Positions 1 to 10,600 of a DNA stretch of 64,000 nucleotides are shown here, in pieces; the first letter of the stretch is position 1, and the number at the start of each line of letters is the position of its first letter. A model generated the notes under the pieces. That model was not told the origin of the DNA and ran no database searches. It was given only the letters and a program-made list of their open reading frames with translations. Origin of the DNA: Bacteroidales bacterium (GTDB lineage: Bacteria; Bacteroidota; Bacteroidia; Bacteroidales; UBA7960); NCBI GenBank assembly GCA_046291875.1, contig JBKBSF010000003.1, forward strand, positions 13,025 to 77,024, given 5' to 3'. The position numbers and the translations under genes were made by a program.

Positions 1-2
1 AT

Positions 3-200
3 GACCTGCGTAGTGTAGATTGCCAGGTGCTCACCATTGGGCAGTACCTGCAACCCACCAAAACACACCTGCCGGTGGAGCAATATGTCCACCCCGATGT
101 TTTTGCCCGTTACCGGGAAGAGGGCCTCTCAAGAGGGTTTCTTGTGGTGGAAAGCAATCCGCTGGTACGATCATCTTATCATGCCGAAAATCAAATCTGA
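3..200 (+). CDS. lipA: Lipoyl synthase, C-terminal part (gene starts before the window)
   Basis: Frame 3 reads [25 protein letters not shown]...[16 protein letters not shown], with the LipA motifs TIGQYLQP and RSSYHA; directly upstream of lipB. Confidence 0.93.
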   Translation, partial: DLRSVDCQVLTIGQYLQPTKTHLPVEQYVHPDVFARYREEGLSRGFLVVESNPLVRSSYHAENQI

Positions 201-203
201 CAG

Positions 204-917
204 ATGACTACAAAAAATATCAACCGCCGGGTTCACTTCCGTGACCTGGGCCGTATAGCCTATAAGGAAGCCTGGGAAACCCAGGAAAAACTGTTCAACG
301 AAATCTCAACCCACAAGAGGGAGATCAGCGACGGGAAAAGTGACGTGACGGTAACACCCAACTACCTTTTGTTTTGCGAACATCCCCATGTGTACACCCT
401 TGGAAAGAGCGGTTCTGCCGAAAACCTGCTCATCAACCATATCCAGCTGCAGGCCCAGGAAGCCGAATTTTTCCATATCGATCGCGGAGGCGATATCACT
501 TACCACGGCCCCCGGCAGATTGTGGATTATCCCATTCTCCACCTGGAGTATTTTGTAACCGGGGTGCGCGACTATACTTTCAAGCTGGAGGAGTCGGTCA
601 TACACCTGCTCCATGACTATAACCTGGAAGCCTAATGCCTTGATAGTGCTACGGGCGTGTGGTTTGATAACGGCACCAGCCGCGCACGTAAGATCTGTGC
701 CATAGGAGTTCGCACCAGCCGCTGGGTGAGCATGCACGGCTTTGCCTTCAATGTAAATACCGATCTTAAATACTTCGGCCATATCAACCCCTGCGGATTT
801 GCCGACAAAGCCGTAACATCCATCATAAAAGAACTGGGAGCACCACAGGATATGGAAACCGTAAAAAAGCAACTGCGGGAGAAAATTGGGGAGGTGTTTG
901 GGATGGAGGTGGAGTGA
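204..917 (+). pseudogene. lipB: Octanoyltransferase LipB interrupted by an in-frame TAA at 633-635
   Basis: LipB motifs EHPHVYTLG, RGGDITYHGP, KICAIG, HGFAFNV and PCG. ORFs 204-635 and 657-917 are in the same frame, separated by one stop. Could be a sequence error. Confidence 0.75.
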
Positions 918-1290
918 AGGTGATGAGTTTACTTTCCTCTCAACTATGTATAGATTTTCCGAAAAACTATACATATGCCGTCAGTAATGTTTATAAAATT
1001 CGTTTTTCTATGCACACAGGAGGGATGACTTAATACGCCTATGATTCATTATAAAACCCTCCGGATTATTGCAATGAATCCTATGGTTTAGAGTGGAATT
1101 AATAAATACACTTAGACGGAAATTGTATTTTCGCTTTTCGATATTGGCGACTTTCAAAAGCGACGGGGCCACTTCCGGTGATCCCGCCGCTTTGGTTAAC
1201 GTGGTCTGACGACTTTCAGTTTGTCTGAACACAAATTTTATATCATGGGACAGTGTGGCTCAAAATTCCAGCAAAGTATTCCATTTTGTT

Positions 1291-1734
1291 TCACTTCACC
1301 CTCTCCATCCGTCCCACAAGTATCTTCAGCAATACCTGGTAAACCACAGAAGCCATGAGCAACCCGGTGAGGACACCTCCGGCAAGCATGGATAAGAACA
1401 CATCTGAACCTGCTTTGAAGATAATGGAGACAAACTGAAAATCAATTTTATCGCCTACGGAAAAAGCGGGGTTAACTCCAAGCAATTTTTTTCCCAGCCA
1501 GTAATTGAAGGAGAAAACGAAAGCACCTGTTGCCAGGTTGGTGTTGAAAACAGCAATGCATGCAGCTTTCTTGTTGAGTTTAAACAGGCTGGCAATTCCC
1601 AGCGACACCATCATCTGAAACCCCGGGATGGGCATCATTCCAATGAATGAACCCAGGGCGAACCCTTTGGCAATGGCTCTGGGGTCATCTTCCAGGGTGA
1701 AAAGATTTTTAAGGGCTTTGAACGGATTTTTCAT
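1291..1734 (-). CDS. DUF2062-family membrane protein
   Basis: PRAIAKGFALGSFIGMMP pattern and hydrophobic helices typical of DUF2062. Confidence 0.8.
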   Translation of the reverse strand: MKNPFKALKNLFTLEDDPRAIAKGFALGSFIGMMPIPGFQMMVSLGIASLFKLNKKAACIAVFNTNLATGAFVFSFNYWLGKKLLGVNPAFSVGDKIDFQFVSIIFKAGSDVFLSMLAGGVLTGLLMASVVYQVLLKILVGRMERVK

Positions 1735-1870
1735 TTTGTTGGATATCTCAACTTAAGGATTGACAAGTCACTGGTAAGCGTTACCGGACAATAGGCCACA
1801 TACCCTCAGGTGTAAACAAAACCCTTCTTTAATCTGTTTGAGAGGATATTAACACACAACGCCGACAGCT

Positions 1871-2797
1871 ATGAAAAAACCCAGCATCGCCAAAATGGTC
1901 AGGGCACAGTTTCTGACTTCCATCATAGCCCCCTTGCTGGTGGGCACCCTGCTGAGCATTTACATCAATGGACAGCTTGAAGTATTAAACTTTTTACTGG
2001 TACTGATCATTGGGATTGGGCTGCATGTGGCCACCAATGTGTACAACGATATTTACGACACCATCCAGGGAACCGATAAGGTAAATGTACACCGCAACGA
2101 GGCCAGCGGGGGCTCGGGGGTACTGCTCGACCACCCTGAGTTGTTTGGCAAAATGTACTTCCTGGCCCGCGCCGGACTGGTTATGGCACTGGCGGGCACT
2201 GTTGCGCTGAGTTTCCTGATCGAACCTCATCTTCTGATCCATTTATGGGTGCTGTACTTGCTTTCCGCATTTTTCAGCAAATATTATACGGCGCCTCCAT
2301 TCAAACTCGCCTATCGTGGATGGGGAGAATTCTCTGTATGGCTGGCTTTTGGACCTATGGCAATACTGATTGCCGTGGTGGGCCAAAACCTTGGCTTTCA
2401 CCCTATGGTACTGATCCTGATGCCTGTTACCGGATTGAGCACCTCCTCCATTCTGCTGGCCGGGCAGATGATCGATCTGGAGGCCGATCGCAAAGGCGGC
2501 AAACACGGAGTGGCATCGCGCATGGGCACCCGCTTTACCGCATGGTTTTATTTATTGGTGCAGCTGGCAATTGTGGCAAATATTCTGTTCATTTTTGTCA
2601 GCTACCCGGGTTCAACCTGGCCGTTTCTGCTCACTTTGATCCCATATGTTTTGATTTTCCCAAAGGCAGCTGGCATCATGCTCAAACACCACGCTGACCC
2701 GGATATGGTAAAACAAGGAGCCCGTTTTACAGTGCTAATTCATGTGGCATTCTCGGTACTATTTATAGCAGCATGGATTGTTTATATCGCGTTTTGA
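1871..2797 (+). CDS. UbiA/MenA-family prenyltransferase (MenA-like)
   Basis: NVYNDIYD...GTD and DLEADRKGGK aspartate-rich motifs, YYTAPPFKLAYRGWGE, multiple TM helices. Confidence 0.85.
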   Translation: MKKPSIAKMVRAQFLTSIIAPLLVGTLLSIYINGQLEVLNFLLVLIIGIGLHVATNVYNDIYDTIQGTDKVNVHRNEASGGSGVLLDHPELFGKMYFLARAGLVMALAGTVALSFLIEPHLLIHLWVLYLLSAFFSKYYTAPPFKLAYRGWGEFSVWLAFGPMAILIAVVGQNLGFHPMVLILMPVTGLSTSSILLAGQMIDLEADRKGGKHGVASRMGTRFTAWFYLLVQLAIVANILFIFVSYPGSTWPFLLTLIPYVLIFPKAAGIMLKHHADPDMVKQGARFTVLIHVAFSVLFIAAWIVYIAF

Positions 2798-2895
2798 AAT
2801 AACCCTAACCCGCTAAATATGCAAGAGTTAACTCAAAGCCGCATTCCTCCTTTATACAGAAAAAGGACTGCACATCAGGATCTGGCATTGAACTG

Positions 2896-4206
2896 CTAAA
2901 GTGACAGCAATAACCACAGAAAAAGTCCGGCGGTGAGAGAGCCTCCCAGGTTCACCAGATCGTTGGGGGTGATTTTTTCCGGATGTTCAACCCGGAAAAA
3001 TTTCAACGACAACAACCGGCCTTCCACAAAGGCTCCCAGCAGTGTATCGGCAAAACAGGCAAGAAATGCGGAGGTAGTAATCAGCAGCAGGATTTGCCAG
3101 TCCCATTGAGAAAAAAACAAGGGCCAGGAGGTAAATGCAATCAGGCCAGCACCTGCCAGTGCAGCCAGTGTGCCTCCCGGCGAAACACCCCCTGTTACAC
3201 CAGCCCTGTGCATACGGAAATCGGACAAAGAAAAACTTCTCCGGTTGATCAGTGGCCCCAGTTCACTGGCCCAGGTATCGGCCGTAACGGCGGCCACATA
3301 AGTAATGAAAAGGTAAATAAAAAATGTTTGAGGCCACAACAGATAGAGCACAGCAGAGCACACTGCCCACAAACTGTTGGCGGCCACCTGCCAGGCATTG
3401 CGTCCGCCCGAACGCTTCTTCTCAAAAACGGTTGCCTTTAACCTGGTAAAAGCAACCGAAGTAAGGAAAAATACCATTACCGGTACCAGCCATTGCCAGC
3501 CCATTACTCCCAGCAGAAAAACCCCCAGCACCCAAGCCGCCAGGCTTCCGAAATGGCTCAGAAACCTCAGCAGGAAAAGAAGCCATGCCGCACCACCAAA
3601 AAACAAAACAACCGACACAAGCAGCAGATAATCTGGCTCCTGCACCAGACTCCAGGAAAAATAGAGGGCAAGCCCAAGGGGGATGGTCAGGTTATCGGAC
3701 CCACGCCAGGAAAGCAATTCTAAAACCACTGAAAGCAATACCAGGCTCAACAGAAAAAAAACATCAAAAGATCCGGGACTTGGAAGCACAATGAGGAAAA
3801 TCAGGCAGGAGGAAATGGCAAAAGCCGCCATTCCGAAAAAACTCTTCGGATCGTGCAGCAACCGAAACCTTCCGTTGCCCCGGCGCAATTGCCCCAACAG
3901 GTTGGCCATAGGATCAGAAACCGCCAGCACCAGCAGGGAAGCCTGGAAATAGACCATGGGCTGATGGTAGAGTATCAGGAAAGAGCTCAAAATCCCTACA
4001 GGATAGAACAGGGTTCCCAGGCTCCCGTCGCCCGTGCGATGCAGCTGCGAAAAACCCTGGTAGGGAAAGGTAAGAAACGAAAATACCGAACCCAGAAGGA
4101 TCAGCACCAGTATAATATCACGCTCCAGCCATCTGGAGAGCAGAAAAAGCAACAACCCCACCACCAAGTGGATGGCTTTGCGAAACATGCGTTGTCGATC
4201 AGACAT
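2896..4206 (-). CDS. Fusion of a CTP-dependent phytol/dolichol-kinase-like domain and a DUF92 (TMEM19/VTE6-like) domain
   Basis: N-half has RKAIH, SDPMANLLG, KSFFG and SDNLTIPL; C-half has RNAWQVAAN, ADTWASELG, GGVSPGG, DTLLGA and NDLVN. Confidence 0.82.
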   Translation of the reverse strand: MSDRQRMFRKAIHLVVGLLLFLLSRWLERDIILVLILLGSVFSFLTFPYQGFSQLHRTGDGSLGTLFYPVGILSSFLILYHQPMVYFQASLLVLAVSDPMANLLGQLRRGNGRFRLLHDPKSFFGMAAFAISSCLIFLIVLPSPGSFDVFFLLSLVLLSVVLELLSWRGSDNLTIPLGLALYFSWSLVQEPDYLLLVSVVLFFGGAAWLLFLLRFLSHFGSLAAWVLGVFLLGVMGWQWLVPVMVFFLTSVAFTRLKATVFEKKRSGGRNAWQVAANSLWAVCSAVLYLLWPQTFFIYLFITYVAAVTADTWASELGPLINRRSFSLSDFRMHRAGVTGGVSPGGTLAALAGAGLIAFTSWPLFFSQWDWQILLLITTSAFLACFADTLLGAFVEGRLLSLKFFRVEHPEKITPNDLVNLGGSLTAGLFLWLLLSL

Positions 4207-4431
4207 AACTCAAATTCAAAACAAGTAAGTAACCCTTATCGGGCTGATTTGTTGGAGGAAAAAATCATAGAAATCCCTGTTGGTTTTCCAACCCCACAAA
4301 AGTAGTGAATTCACAGGGGGGAGAGAAGCTTTTCTCCTATTCATATTTGCCTGTTCGATGCCGGGCAGTATGCAGGAAATTGCTTTCCCGCATCAAAAAA
4401 TCCCTTAAATTTACCCTTTGCAAATGCCCCA

Positions 4432-4728
4432 ATGATGAACCGTAGCGACGAACGATTTGTGAAAAACTGGTCATACACCCGTAAAATGGGTCGTTTCCGC
4501 TATGCCCTTACCCATGGTTTTGTATTTGGACTTATCCTGTTTCTTTTTACCGGCTTGTATGGCTTATGGGAAAAATCTTTTTCTGAAGTATTTCTCAGTC
4601 TGAGGTCGGGCCTTGTATTTTTATTCTGGGTGGCAGGGGGAGTGGTGGCTTATGGCACAACCTTCTGGCCCATCAACGAGTATTTATACAAAAAGAAAAT
4701 GAGCGACCAGCAAGCCGAGCAACCCTGA
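4432..4728 (+). CDS. Small hypothetical membrane protein
   Basis: 98-aa ORF with two hydrophobic segments in a gap between genes. Confidence 0.65.
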   Translation: MMNRSDERFVKNWSYTRKMGRFRYALTHGFVFGLILFLFTGLYGLWEKSFSEVFLSLRSGLVFLFWVAGGVVAYGTTFWPINEYLYKKKMSDQQAEQP

Positions 4729-4793
4729 TTGGGGTAAAGTAAGCTGTTGCAACCCGTCAGATTAAGCAGACAATATTAAAAAGACATCCGAAC

Positions 4794-5000
4794 ATGAAAT
4801 ACAGCCAAGCTATAGAAGAGCTGGAGAGCATTGTACAGGAAATGGAGAGTGCCAATATCAGCGTCGACGAGTTATCTGCCAGGATCAAAAGAGCCTCTGA
4901 GCTGATCAACATTTGCCGACAGGCATTATCTTCTACCCAGGAAGAGGTAGAGAGCATCCTTTCGGAGATCAAAGAAAAATCAAAGCCCGGCGCACAGTAA
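4794..5000 (+). CDS. xseB: Exodeoxyribonuclease VII small subunit
   Basis: YSQAIEELESIVQEMES...SVDELSARIKRASELINICRQ pattern, 68 aa. Confidence 0.9.
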   Translation: MKYSQAIEELESIVQEMESANISVDELSARIKRASELINICRQALSSTQEEVESILSEIKEKSKPGAQ

Positions 5001-5046
5001 GCAGCCAGGCTTTGCAATCTGTTTTCAGGGGCTTGCACCCGATGTT

Positions 5047-6987
5047 TTACTTTTTCCCTTTTCTTTTCCTTTTAATTGCCCAGCGTATGAGTGCTGCAAA
5101 ACCCACCAGCACACCTGCAAGCACCATGTATGACAACACATACAGAGGCATCCCTTTTTCTTCCACAATCCGCCCCTGGGTTTGCTGATACACGGCAGGC
5201 ATTACCGGCAGCCCATGTTCATTGGCTTCGAAAGACATGGCATATCGCGCCACCGCTTCCCATACCTTAAACTCCTGGCCGTTGTGGTAAATAATGGTTT
5301 GGTCAAGCTCAAGGGGTTGCCCATCCTTATCCTTGAGAACCAGCTTGAGCTTGGGCAGTATCTCCCCAATCATGGGCAGGAAAGAAGTAAGATAATGATC
5401 GGCTACCAGGTGAAACAGGCGTGGGTCGTCTTTACGCAGTTTTTCATATTCCCCTTCTCTTTGTATGCCTTCACCGGTAAAGAGGTGAACCTCCTGCACC
5501 GAGCGGTAAGCAGGCACGGGTATACCCGCAAAGGGAATAGTAAGCCAGGTGATCTTTCCCGGGTCGTAGGTGTACTTAAGCCCCGAAAACTGCAGAAAGT
5601 ACATATCTCCCATCAGCCGCGAGAGCAGGCCGGCAATCTCCAGGATGTTATACACCTCCTGTGCTGTAAGGTAAATAGACACCATGGGGTATCCGGGTCG
5701 CATATCCGGCCCCGACCCCAGTCCGGAAATGGTTACCAGATCCATAAACGATACCCGGTTTTGAGACCATGGCATGGTACCAGGAATGATATCTCCCCTG
5801 ATCACCCCATTGGCCTGTATGGCAATGTCGACCCGTCGGCCTGTAACCTTCTGTGCTTCCAGCCGCATGGCATCCACCACAAAATTCCCTACGGTGGTTT
5901 CCTGCAGGTCAGCATGTTTTTTTAGCGGAAAGCTGGAATACAAAATATGGGCATAGGCATTGGTGAACAAGCTGTCGGTGAAGTTCACCAGAAAATCGTT
6001 GAGCCGATGGGTAAAATACCCCACCCGCTGCAACACTTCCTGGTCTTCTGCTACCTCGGCGTTGAGAGGGATCTGATAAGGATTGCCATTGACCTCATTG
6101 ACAAGACTGAGGGTTTGGCTGCCGGGGTCATACTCCAGTTCCAGCATGCCCAGGTTGCGCAAATAATAGCTGCTGTGCAGCATGATGGTATTGTTTATTA
6201 TTTCCGGTTCAAGGGTTTGATAATGGTCGTGGCCTCCCAGCAAAACATCAATATTGCTCACAGTACGGGCTATGAGCCGGTCTTCGCGCAATCCGGAGTG
6301 CGAAAGCAGTACCACGATGTTGGCACCTTCTTCTTTCAACAGATCGGCTTGTTTTTGGGCCATTGCCACCGGGTCAGAGACTTTAACCGGATCGGCCATG
6401 GGTGCTACCGAATAGGCATCCTCGCCCAACAACCCGAATACTCCCACCCTGAGCCCATTGGAAAGCTCAATGATCTTGCGTGGCAAAAACTCCACCTGCT
6501 CCAGGGCATGCCCCTCCGGGATCTCCAGGTTGGCTATGAGCAAAGGCAGCCTGCTGTGGCTTTGCGGATAGCCCAGCCTTTTAAAATAATCGGCCAGCAC
6601 ATCGGGACCGTAGTCAAACTCATGGTTGCCTATGGTTACAGCATCGTATCCGATCTCTTTCATCAATTCAATCTCAGGTGAATATCCCTCCAGGATAAGC
6701 CATGCATAAGGCGATCCGCCGATAAAATCGCCCGAAGAAAGCAGCAATACGGGTTCTTCTCCTTTTTGGGCACGGATCTGGTTCACCATACCTGCCAGGC
6801 GCGCAAAACCGCCCAATGAGGGATTGCTCTCCCAGGGATGGTAGTCTGCAGCAGGCAGCGGTGAAAGCACACTGTGCTCATCGCTGGTGTGCAAAAGAGT
6901 AAAACGCTGGGATTGTGAAAAGATCTGCATAGGCATAAGCATTAAGATGATTACAAAGCAGACGGGAAATGGGATCAGTTTCTTCAT
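5047..6987 (-). CDS. 5'-nucleotidase / bifunctional metallophosphatase with C-terminal membrane anchor
   Basis: LHTSDEH, GD, GNHEFD, LSHSG and GGHDH metallophosphoesterase motifs; signal peptide; C-terminal TM helix plus KRKRKGKK. Confidence 0.9.
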   Translation of the reverse strand: MKKLIPFPVCFVIILMLMPMQIFSQSQRFTLLHTSDEHSVLSPLPAADYHPWESNPSLGGFARLAGMVNQIRAQKGEEPVLLLSSGDFIGGSPYAWLILEGYSPEIELMKEIGYDAVTIGNHEFDYGPDVLADYFKRLGYPQSHSRLPLLIANLEIPEGHALEQVEFLPRKIIELSNGLRVGVFGLLGEDAYSVAPMADPVKVSDPVAMAQKQADLLKEEGANIVVLLSHSGLREDRLIARTVSNIDVLLGGHDHYQTLEPEIINNTIMLHSSYYLRNLGMLELEYDPGSQTLSLVNEVNGNPYQIPLNAEVAEDQEVLQRVGYFTHRLNDFLVNFTDSLFTNAYAHILYSSFPLKKHADLQETTVGNFVVDAMRLEAQKVTGRRVDIAIQANGVIRGDIIPGTMPWSQNRVSFMDLVTISGLGSGPDMRPGYPMVSIYLTAQEVYNILEIAGLLSRLMGDMYFLQFSGLKYTYDPGKITWLTIPFAGIPVPAYRSVQEVHLFTGEGIQREGEYEKLRKDDPRLFHLVADHYLTSFLPMIGEILPKLKLVLKDKDGQPLELDQTIIYHNGQEFKVWEAVARYAMSFEANEHGLPVMPAVYQQTQGRIVEEKGMPLYVLSYMVLAGVLVGFAALIRWAIKRKRKGKK

Positions 6988-7204
6988 GGTCAGGGTTATA
7001 AAGGTTCGATACATTGGGTGTATTGAGCAAATGACTTTAACACATTCAAAGTAAAGGATTTTTTTCGGAATAAAGGTAAATTCAATCTTAAGCCTTGCAT
7101 TTTGGCTGTTGTCGAGCTTTCGGCGACCTGGACACTACCTGTGCAAAAAGCCCTGCTGTATTGCTTTTAATTTGGTAATTTTGCATTTCGAAAAACTTTC
7201 GCAT

Positions 7205-7687
7205 ATGCAAAAACAAAAACCCTACGAAATACTTCGCAGCATGGGGCTGCTCTATTGGGCCATGCTGCTGGGCCTTGTAATGCTTGTGGCACTGAGTGCA
7301 TGGTTTGTAAACCATACCGGCGCAGCCCTGGGCAACGATCCGCAATCGCAGTACATCGTAAACACGGTATTGATATTTCTGCTCATTGCCATTGCACCGC
7401 TCAGCTATATTGTGCCCCAGCGTATGATCGCCGCCATTGACCGCACGCTTCCCCTGGAGGATAAGCTGCTGCGCTACAAACTGCCTGTGCTGATACGCTA
7501 TTTCCTGCTCAATATGGCCGGAAGCCTTATTGCGGTGGGCTTCATGCTCAGCGGCAACACCAACCTGATGTACCTGCAGGCCATCGTGATGCTGTTTTTC
7601 CTGGTTTACAAACCTTCACCCTTTAAAGTGGCCAGCGATCTGGACCTTAACGAACAGGAAAGACAAAAACTTATGCCTGAAAACTGA
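7205..7687 (+). CDS. Hypothetical 4-TM membrane protein
   Basis: ORF with four hydrophobic segments; TAATTTTG -7 motif just upstream. Confidence 0.7.
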   Translation: MQKQKPYEILRSMGLLYWAMLLGLVMLVALSAWFVNHTGAALGNDPQSQYIVNTVLIFLLIAIAPLSYIVPQRMIAAIDRTLPLEDKLLRYKLPVLIRYFLLNMAGSLIAVGFMLSGNTNLMYLQAIVMLFFLVYKPSPFKVASDLDLNEQERQKLMPEN

Positions 7688-7779
7688 AAGGGTGAACAAT
7701 TCGGGTACTACCGTTTTTCATTATTAATCCCCTGAAGCTTTCATACCAGGCAAGGGGTTGGATTCAACAATACTTGATC

Positions 7780-8208
7780 ATGAACATAAAAGAGATTGAA
7801 GAAGAAATCGTTTCCGAGTTTTCCCTGTTTGATGACTGGATGGACAAGTACAACTACATCATTGAACTGGGCAAGTCGGTTGAGAAAATTGACGAACAAT
7901 ACAAAAAAAAGCAATACCTGATATCGGGTTGCCAGTCGCAGGTATGGGTGCATGCCGATTATCGCGAGGGCAAGGTGTTTTTTACGGCTGACAGCGATGC
8001 TCTTATCACAAAAGGCATTGTAGGCCTGCTGATTCGCGTAATGTCGGGCCAGCCCCCACAGGAGATTGTGGATGCCGATCTGGCCTTTATTGACCAGATC
8101 GGGCTGAAAGAACACCTGTCGCAAACCCGCTCCAATGGCCTGGTCAACATGATCAAGCAAATGAAGCTTTATGCACTGGCCTTCAAAGCCAAACATCAGC
8201 AAGCCTGA
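7780..8208 (+). CDS. sufE: SufE-family Fe-S sulfur acceptor
   Basis: GCQSQVW, ADSDALITKG and LSQTRSNGL motifs. Confidence 0.93.
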   Translation: MNIKEIEEEIVSEFSLFDDWMDKYNYIIELGKSVEKIDEQYKKKQYLISGCQSQVWVHADYREGKVFFTADSDALITKGIVGLLIRVMSGQPPQEIVDADLAFIDQIGLKEHLSQTRSNGLVNMIKQMKLYALAFKAKHQQA

Positions 8209-8396
8209 CCCTCTTAATGGGTGTGGGCTGTGATACCCGGTTCCATCGACGCAAGGTACGATACCAGGCGACCCGGTTAAAATGATGGTATTGCTCAGCA
8301 CCCAGTTTCCGGAAACACAACAGTCAGCAGGGTTGCTGATTTTAAGAGAGGTTACCCGTCGGCCAGGATTATTTTTCACATTCAAACGCAACGATT

Positions 8397-8720
8397 ATGG
8401 ACACTACGCCCAACTATATGGATCTGGAGATTCGCATCATTGATGCGCTGAAAACGGTATACGATCCAGAAATCCCGGTGAATGTATACGACCTGGGGTT
8501 GATTTATAACATCAAGGTAGACGACCAGCAGGCTGTAGCCATTACAATGACCCTTACCAACCCCAACTGCCCTGTAGCCGACACCATGCCCGGCGAGGTG
8601 CGCGACGCAGTGTTGCATGTGCAGGGAGTTGAGAAGGTTGATATAGAGTTGGTCTTCGAACCTGAATGGAACAAAGACATGATGAGCGATGCAGCGATGC
8701 TTGAACTGGGTCTGCTTTAA
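8397..8720 (+). CDS. DUF59/SufT-like Fe-S cluster assembly protein
   Basis: YDPEIPVNVYDLGLIY and MTLTNPNCP motifs; next to sufE. Confidence 0.9.
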   Translation: MDTTPNYMDLEIRIIDALKTVYDPEIPVNVYDLGLIYNIKVDDQQAVAITMTLTNPNCPVADTMPGEVRDAVLHVQGVEKVDIELVFEPEWNKDMMSDAAMLELGLL

Positions 8721-8724
8721 GAAA

Positions 8725-10068
8725 TCAACGGGAATACTGCCCGATAAACAGGGGGGTATCGAAGAAATTCTCCTTCAGTATAAACAAGAAGGGGCGATCC
8801 GCAATAAAATACTTGGGAAACACCAGCGGATCGTTAAAGGCTGAAGAGGTTGTAACCACAATAATAGCAGTAGCAGCAGCAGCCTCCGATCCTTCCTCAT
8901 CAATTTCGAAGAAAACCTTCTGAATGATCTCGCTGATGGCCAGATCGCCTTCAGGGCTGATTCCAGAAAAATCGGCCCTTTCGTCGAAGGCATTTTCCAT
9001 ACCCATTTGCTCCAGCACCTCGGCCAGGCCAAAGGTAGTTTCCAGCTTAAATTTGGGGATCTCCATATGCACCTCTTCGGGTCGCAACCTGGCCAGCATC
9101 TCTTTGTAGGTTCGGGCGTCGGGCACATAGGATGATAAGTCCGCCACCCCAGTAGCATGGGGTCTTATGAGCAACAACGACAGGTTGGGGCTGGTGTAAG
9201 GCAATTGAATAACCAGACGGTCTTCCATTTCGAGCCACGGTATCCCATTTTCGCGCTGAATCATAAAGTCTACAGGTATTTTCTCTCCTCCTACAGAGTT
9301 GAACATCTTCTCGCGTGTTGAATCTTTCTCGAAAGGATACCTCCACGACGATTTTATGTAAATCGCATTGGCAATTACCAGGCGGGTAAACTCGGTGAGG
9401 GTACCCTCGGGAATAAGGTTCTGGATACGATCGCGGGTAATTTGCTCTACCCACCGGTTTATTCTCTGCTCCGACTGGCGGGGCTGCGAAATAAAATCCA
9501 CCTGCTCGAAAGCCCCTCCATGCCATGCATTTACATTTTGCCTGAAGCTCTCCAGCACCTGGTAAGTCTTCTCAATAAACACACGGTTGGCCATATTAAA
9601 TTCTACAAGGGTATCATCAAACATTTGTCCCAGCGTCGAGAAATAGTCAAAATAGCTTTTATGGAAAAGATCCTCATCTTCATAAAACCCCATCAGGCGG
9701 GCCATTTGCTGGCGTGTTTCTTCGCGGGCACCACTGTAAACCACAGCCAGTGCCAAATTGAGAGAGACCGGTGAAAAGGAGAAACCTTCGCCGGGTTTTG
9801 TGCGGCTGAGTTCACGAAAAAGATCGAAAGAAAAATCGCTGAGTTGATGAATCATGTTGTACGTTTCGTTGGGTATGGGATTCATAGGGCGGGCAGTGGA
9901 GCTGGCATCGTAAACCAGAGGAGGTGTAAGCCGATCGCCCGGTTCCTGCGTTATCAGCTCCGTGGGAGCCTCGCCTCTGGGATTGGCAGGCTCAAGAGAT
10001 CTGCAGCCAAACAAGGCTGTAAAAGATACTACAACAATAAATACCAGGGTTTTGTGTTCCATATTCAT
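8725..10068 (-). CDS. Serpin (serine protease inhibitor), probable lipoprotein
   Basis: SPVSL, NAIY.K..W..PF, hinge EEGSEAAAATA, FIADRPFLF; lipobox-like LFGC. Confidence 0.93.
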   Translation of the reverse strand: MNMEHKTLVFIVVVSFTALFGCRSLEPANPRGEAPTELITQEPGDRLTPPLVYDASSTARPMNPIPNETYNMIHQLSDFSFDLFRELSRTKPGEGFSFSPVSLNLALAVVYSGAREETRQQMARLMGFYEDEDLFHKSYFDYFSTLGQMFDDTLVEFNMANRVFIEKTYQVLESFRQNVNAWHGGAFEQVDFISQPRQSEQRINRWVEQITRDRIQNLIPEGTLTEFTRLVIANAIYIKSSWRYPFEKDSTREKMFNSVGGEKIPVDFMIQRENGIPWLEMEDRLVIQLPYTSPNLSLLLIRPHATGVADLSSYVPDARTYKEMLARLRPEEVHMEIPKFKLETTFGLAEVLEQMGMENAFDERADFSGISPEGDLAISEIIQKVFFEIDEEGSEAAAATAIIVVTTSSAFNDPLVFPKYFIADRPFLFILKENFFDTPLFIGQYSR

Positions 10069-10205
10069 GTTTTTGGCATAAAGTTAAACAATTCTGTTTT
10101 TCAAGTTCTACAAATTTAAGAGGTCGGTTTTATTCTTAAGAAAAAGGTTGTATTTTTGACCCCATTACAAAACAATCAATAATCACCCCAAAAAGTATAC
10201 AAATC

Positions 10206-10583
10206 ATGAATTTTCCTGACAACTTAAAGTACACCAAAGACCACGAATGGATCCTGGTGGATGGCGACGTGGCCACTGTAGGCATTACCGACTTTGCACA
10301 ACATGAGCTGGGCGACATTGTCTACATCGAAGTCAACACTGTAGGAGAAAGCCTGGAGCAGGAAGAAACCTTTGGAACCATCGAAGCCGTAAAAACCGTT
10401 TCCGATTTATTTATGCCCGTTTCTGGCGAAGTGGTTGAGTTTAACGAAGAGCTGGAAGGCAACCCTGAAATAGCCAACCAGGATCCTTACGGCAAGGGAT
10501 GGATCGTGAAGATCAAAATGAGCGACCCCACCGAATTGGAAGGCTTGATGGACGCTGAGAAGTACAAGGAACTGGTAGGGTAA
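10206..10583 (+). CDS. gcvH: Glycine cleavage system H protein
   Basis: YTKDHEW, GITDFAQ, lipoyl-lysine motif [19 protein letters not shown]. Confidence 0.96.
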   Translation: MNFPDNLKYTKDHEWILVDGDVATVGITDFAQHELGDIVYIEVNTVGESLEQEETFGTIEAVKTVSDLFMPVSGEVVEFNEELEGNPEIANQDPYGKGWIVKIKMSDPTELEGLMDAEKYKELVG

Positions 10584-10600
10584 GGAAACAATTTGTCCCT

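Noticed and set aside
633-635. Stop-codon recoding in lipB
   Set aside because: The codon is TAA, which ends many genes here; there is no sign of an alternative code or of Sec/Pyl signals.
1008-1232. 74-aa ORF on the minus strand
   Set aside because: No recognisable motif and a non-ATG start; cannot be supported.
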